The position numbers were made by a program, and so were the translations under genes. A stretch of DNA of 64,000 nt from Candidatus Saccharimonadia bacterium (GTDB lineage Bacteria > Patescibacteriota > Saccharimonadia > UBA4664), in the NCBI GenBank assembly GCA_041743505.1, contig JBGTMQ010000009.1, positions 40,012 to 104,011 on the forward strand, in the 5' to 3' direction. Numbering within the stretch: position 1 is the stretch's first letter; every line of letters begins with the position of its first letter. Of this stretch, positions 62,823 through 64,000 are shown piece after piece. The notes under the pieces were generated by a model, which ran no database searches, was not told the DNA's origin, and was given only the letters and a program-made list of their open reading frames with translations.

Positions 62823-63122
62823 ATGATCGAATCCGAATTAGCTTGGAAACTAGCCGATTACGAGGCTGCGAACATTGAACCGCCGGCCCGCTGCACATCT
62901 AACCCCGAGCTTACAGAAGGGGAGATGATGTCGGCAGAGGAGGTCGAGGATTACATCAAAGACTCCTTAGCTACCCTGCGCATCCTGGCCGACAAGAACT
63001 CGGCCCGATTGCCGGCCGTCCTCCAGACCTACCGCGCCGACTTAACCTACCTGGTCCAGGTTGGTTCCCTGGGCGAAGACGATTATAATGACCTCACGCA
63101 AGAGTCAAACTTGCGGTTTTAA
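62823..63122 (+). CDS. hypothetical acidic protein (99 aa)
   Basis: ORF immediately downstream of the promoter/operator region; no recognised domain. Confidence 0.5.
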   Translation: MIESELAWKLADYEAANIEPPARCTSNPELTEGEMMSAEEVEDYIKDSLATLRILADKNSARLPAVLQTYRADLTYLVQVGSLGEDDYNDLTQESNLRF

Positions 63123-63141
63123 ACCGGTAACAGGAACTATT

Positions 63142-64000
63142 ATGCCCCAATCCACACCGCCATCACTCGAAACGCTCGTATCACTCGCCAAAAGGCGGGG
63201 ATTTGTCTTCCAGGGGTCTGAGATTTATGGCGGCCTGGCCGGCACCTGGGATTACGGCCCTTACGGCACACTACTCAAGAACAACATCAAAGCCCTTTGG
63301 TGGAAACATTTCGTCACCGAGCAAGACAACATCTATGGCATCGACACGGCCATCTTAATGAACCCCCGCATTTGGGAGGCCAGTGGCCACACCAGCGCCG
63401 GGTTTGCTGACCCCCTCGTTGAAGATCTCAAAACGAATAAACGCTACCGCGCCGACCATCTCCTCGAAGACGCCGGCATCGAAAACGTCGCCGAGCTAAC
63501 CACAGAACAGATGGACGCCAAAATTAAGGAAATGAACCTTAAAAGTCCAGACGGCAATGAGCTGACTGACGTCCGCATGTTCAATATGATGTTCTCTACT
63601 CAAGCGGGGCCCATCGAAGACACGTCGGCCAAAGTCTACCTTCGCCCGGAGACCGCCCAAGGCATGTTCGTCAACTTCAAGAACGTCGTCGACTCATTGC
63701 ACCCCCGACTACCATTTGGCTTGGCCCAGATTGGTAAAAACTTCCGCAATGAAATCACTCCGCGCGATTTCATATTCCGTCTGCGCGAACTCGAAATCAT
63801 GGAGTTTGAATACTTCATTGAGCCCGAACAATGGGAAACTACCTTTGCCCAGCTCCGCCAGCGCTACCTTGATTGGTTCGAGCGCATCGGCCTCGATATG
63901 AAAGATATCCACGAACTCGATGTCCCGGCCGCGGACCGCGCTCACTATTCCAAGAAAAGTATCGACTTTGAATACAAATTCCCAATCGGTACGAAAGAGC
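63142..64000 (+). CDS. glyS: glycyl-tRNA synthetase, dimeric (alpha2) type, 5' part only (continues beyond window end)
   Basis: N-terminus LAKRRGFVFQGSEIYGGLAGTWDYGPYG and FADPLVEDLKTNKRYRADHL are hallmark alpha2-GlyRS sequences; the frame stays open to position 64000. Confidence 0.85.
   Translation, partial: MPQSTPPSLETLVSLAKRRGFVFQGSEIYGGLAGTWDYGPYGTLLKNNIKALWWKHFVTEQDNIYGIDTAILMNPRIWEASGHTSAGFADPLVEDLKTNKRYRADHLLEDAGIENVAELTTEQMDAKIKEMNLKSPDGNELTDVRMFNMMFSTQAGPIEDTSAKVYLRPETAQGMFVNFKNVVDSLHPRLPFGLAQIGKNFRNEITPRDFIFRLRELEIMEFEYFIEPEQWETTFAQLRQRYLDWFERIGLDMKDIHELDVPAADRAHYSKKSIDFEYKFPIGTKE

Noticed and set aside
1-64000. CRISPR arrays, rRNA genes, transposases, integrases or prophage structural gene clusters
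   Set aside because: No regularly spaced direct repeats, no rRNA-like conserved stretches and no transposase/integrase catalytic motifs were seen. The only repeat families are the short hairpin repeats near topA and the operator-like palindromes.

Overview
This 64 kb window is from a GC-rich (~55-60%) bacterial chromosome with a Gram-positive-type (monoderm) envelope gene set. It carries an LPXTG sortase substrate, an FtsE/FtsX + PcsB-like coiled-coil/CHAP hydrolase + CtpA cluster, a class A PBP, a D,D-carboxypeptidase and a dimeric-type GlyRS. Many promoters look leaderless. It is probably a reduced-genome lineage (candidate-phyla/Saccharibacteria-like or actinobacterial-like), but this cannot be resolved from sequence alone. 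Most of the window is conserved housekeeping: plsC-like acyltransferase, DnaQ-exonuclease/GIY-YIG fusion, scpA-scpB-rluB-dac-der-pth, dprA, dus, DEAD-box helicase, topA, PBP1A, prfB, ftsEX, pyrG, L27, xseAB, recO, an HD hydrolase and the 5' part of glyS. There are two PAS/GAF histidine kinases and three paralogous receiver-only response regulators. No CRISPR array, rRNA, transposase or integrase was found. The most unusual content is a tRNA-Glu(CUC)-adjacent block, ~3.3-14.1 kb. It holds a standalone Pnkp-like kinase / metallophosphatase / RNA-ligase RNA-repair enzyme with no Hen1, preceded by small ORFs and a possible decayed 2H-phosphoesterase. It also holds an N-terminally truncated ThrRS-like paralog behind a consensus promoter plus leader terminator (attenuator or sRNA), several orphan proteins, and an APH-fold kinase convergent on the tRNA. 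Other notable items: a membrane-anchored Clp/Hsp100 ATPase; tandem paralogous TTG-start membrane proteins; near-identical terminator-like hairpins flanking an orphan Phd/YefM-like gene; an RNase H-like protein with substituted catalytic residues; and several strong palindromes in divergent or upstream regions.
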